Shown here: piece by piece, positions 61,816 to 64,000 of the stretch
Position numbering within the stretch: position 1 is the stretch's first letter
Layout of the letters: every line of letters begins with the position of its first letter
From: Tolypothrix carrinoi HA7290-LM1
Lineage (GTDB): Bacteria; Cyanobacteriota; Cyanobacteriia; Cyanobacteriales; Nostocaceae
Direction of reading: 5' to 3'
Length of the DNA stretch: 64,000 bases
NCBI GenBank assembly: GCA_019358935.1
Contig: JAHHIK010000009.1
Coordinates: 1 to 64,000, forward strand
The notes under the pieces: generated by a model
Told to the model about the DNA's origin: nothing
The model's database searches: none
Seen by the model: the letters and a program-made list of their open reading frames with translations, nothing else
Position numbers and translations under genes: made by a program

Positions 61816-64000
61816 TTAGACTATTTGTACTTCTTGTTGGATTAAATTTTGAAGTATAAGTAATCCAACTTGTTTGGAGATTGCTGTATTGTCATCGGGG
61901 CATCTGTAAATAACAGTACAGTTTGAACACCCGTGCTTGCATGGACAATTTTCCACTAAGAATCTTGCCCTCGATACGGCTTTTTCCAGATATTGAAATA
62001 GTGTATTGCACATTCCGGTTCCTCCCTCAACTGTATCGAAGAAGTAGCCGACTAAGTTAGGCTGAGTTGGTTCTTCATAAAGCATAAAGTCAATATCTTT
62101 ACTACTAGCACCATGTTCAACTAGTGGTAATGCTAGCATCAGTTGATGTGCTAGACTGTGGATACAAATGTCGGTTTCTTTATATTCAAATAACTCCCTC
62201 TCCTCTTTTGGAATGTACTTCTGATTCTTTATTGGTAACCTAATTTGCTCTACTTTTGACTTGAAGAAATTTCTCGCTTGTCGGTCTATCTCAATTTGCA
62301 AACAACTGGTAGAACAGCTAATAGTCAAAGCTTCCTTATATAATACTTCTTCTACTAGTTGGATTATGTCTTTATCTGTGAGTTCGCTGTTGCATATGGA
62401 ACAGTTTTGTAGTTTACTTGCTAGAGATTGATTGTGGTTTCTGCAATCTTGGTTTGGACAAGTCCATTTTGACTCTCGATTGTATAACCTGTATCCGGAC
62501 ACTGACTCAGAGATGTTACATATTTTAGGAGTAAGTTTTATTACTCCCATTGGCAGTTTGATTGACTTTGCTTCCCCAGTAGTTTTAACTTCCTCAAATT
62601 TAATTAGTCCTTGAGGGCGGGTAAATAAATTTGTTTGTCCAATAGGCTTGAGGAAAGCTTGCCCTTCTTGGATTTTTAACTCTGATGATTTATACCAAAC
62701 TGGATTACCATCAAAATCCTGGGCTGTATAAATTGCATTAGGGTATACTTCTCTTAAAGCAGTGTTGACCGCACTTTGTTCAAACTCCTCCCCAGTTGAG
62801 GTGTTGATATAGTTGATATTGTTGCTTCTGCTCCCCCTAATCTTGATATCGCCGTGTACGTAACCTAAATTGCGGGCGCACGCTAGCTTGCTGTTGAAGC
62901 TGTACACGAGCTTGTTTTCTTGAAGAAGTTGGTTTGCGATCGCAAGTCCAGTTTGTCCGAAATGCTTGCTGATTTGGTTGATTGTCGGGCGTGACTCTTT
63001 GCAGCAGGCTAGAATATGGCACGCGAGTAGATTTTCAAAATTGGGGTTGAAGTTGATGATCTCCGGTGGGTCGGTTAACAACCGTTCGGGATTTTTCGAG
63101 TAGTAAGAGTCTAAAATAGACTGTTTGGAAGGTATGAAGACAACTAGCCCTTCTTGTTTTCTGCCGGCACGACCTGCCCTTTGCCGGAAGGATAGGATGC
63201 TTCCAGGATACTTGCAAATCAGGACGGCATCAATACAGCCGAGGTCTAACCCCGCTTCGAGAGCTGACGTTGACACGATAAACTTGATTTCCCCAGATTT
63301 GATATCTGCAATGATTTTCCTCCTTTGGTTGTTTTTCAAATTGGCGTAAAATGCAGAAATACTATTTTGGAGGTGAAATAACCCATTTTCAGTTAATATT
63401 TTGCGGATTGTTTGGGTTAGGGTTTTGACCATTTCTCTGCTGTCGCAAAAGCATATTCCCACCACATCTTTACTGACAAGTGAAGCTGCTATTTCGGCGG
63501 TTGCGTACAAAGTACTATTCTGGGGTTTGAGACTGATAAATGTGGTTTCAGCTTTTCTTGCACCGCTTTGGCTAATTACTGTAAAATTGCTTTTACGGTT
63601 GGAAATCTTTTGGGCTATCTCTTGGCTATTGCTGATAGTAGCTGAGGCAAAGATATATTGTAATTTGGATATATCACTTCCAGCTAGTTTTATCAGTAGT
63701 TGAGTGCGACGGTTTAGCAAAGCGAAATTGCTACCAAAAATACCACTATAGTAATGAGCCTCATCAACCGTGATTATGGAAATTTTGCGTAGTGTTTCAA
63801 TGAAGTTATAGTTATCAAATTGGTAGTTGGTAAGCTCGTGATTCCAAACATCGGGCGTGACGCAAATAATCGAGGGTTTATGTGTATAAAGCTTTTTGCG
63901 CTCTTGGGATGGAGTATCGCCATTAATATTTAGAATTGCGGGGCGGATAGGCTCTGGTAGGAGATTGATAAACTCCTTTATTTTCTCCTCTTGGTCAAAT
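61816..64000 (-). CDS. DEAH-box helicase with DUF1998 zinc domain (MrfA/Hrq1/SftH-like); 5' end outside the window
   Basis: Frame is open to 64000: NGDTP, TPD, VDEAH, SAT, STSALEAGLDLG, QRAGRAGR, GGTG, CPCKHGCSNC. Confidence 0.92.
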   Translation of the reverse strand, partial: FDQEEKIKEFINLLPEPIRPAILNINGDTPSQERKKLYTHKPSIICVTPDVWNHELTNYQFDNYNFIETLRKISIITVDEAHYYSGIFGSNFALLNRRTQLLIKLAGSDISKLQYIFASATISNSQEIAQKISNRKSNFTVISQSGARKAETTFISLKPQNSTLYATAEIAASLVSKDVVGICFCDSREMVKTLTQTIRKILTENGLFHLQNSISAFYANLKNNQRRKIIADIKSGEIKFIVSTSALEAGLDLGCIDAVLICKYPGSILSFRQRAGRAGRKQEGLVVFIPSKQSILDSYYSKNPERLLTDPPEIINFNPNFENLLACHILACCKESRPTINQISKHFGQTGLAIANQLLQENKLVYSFNSKLACARNLGYVHGDIKIRGSRSNNINYINTSTGEEFEQSAVNTALREVYPNAIYTAQDFDGNPVWYKSSELKIQEGQAFLKPIGQTNLFTRPQGLIKFEEVKTTGEAKSIKLPMGVIKLTPKICNISESVSGYRLYNRESKWTCPNQDCRNHNQSLASKLQNCSICNSELTDKDIIQLVEEVLYKEALTISCSTSCLQIEIDRQARNFFKSKVEQIRLPIKNQKYIPKEERELFEYKETDICIHSLAHQLMLALPLVEHGASSKDIDFMLYEEPTQPNLVGYFFDTVEGGTGMCNTLFQYLEKAVSRARFLVENCPCKHGCSNCTVIYRCPDDNTAISKQVGLLILQNLIQQEVQIV

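Overview
This is a 64 kb stretch of what is very probably a large plasmid from a filamentous or heterocystous cyanobacterium. It carries about 30 HIP1 (GCGATCGC) sites counted by eye, cyanobacterial IS and MITE types, ParA/ParB, ParM and a MobC-like gene. It has three parts. (1) 1-8.7 kb: a nested IS graveyard (IS66 start, ISL3 broken by ISAzo13, IS110, IS630, TnpB, ISAs1) around a MobC-like gene and a repeat-containing intergenic region. (2) 9-33.7 kb: a cargo island with a giant Ser/Thr kinase-AAA-GAF-PAS-histidine kinase, a NarL regulator and many small redox/hydrolase genes, riddled with duplicated and truncated gene fragments. (3) 34-64 kb: plasmid backbone, mostly on the minus strand. 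The most striking feature is a near-complete accessory replication/repair apparatus: family B DNA polymerase, beta clamp, DnaX/HolA/HolB clamp loader, SSB plus an SSB-like protein, PrimPol-PriCT2 and a DUF1998 DEAH helicase. It is interleaved with a PRTRC-type ubiquitin-like system (Ubl, E1/ThiF, E2, JAB). Four proteins of the cluster, including PolB and a gene of the Ubl cassette, carry QL[S/T]LF beta-clamp-binding motifs, and a shared CAG..GC..CGC / CTAACGC motif lies about 30-47 nt upstream of many backbone genes. No rRNA, tRNA or CRISPR array was seen. All family calls come from motif recognition by eye; no database search was run.
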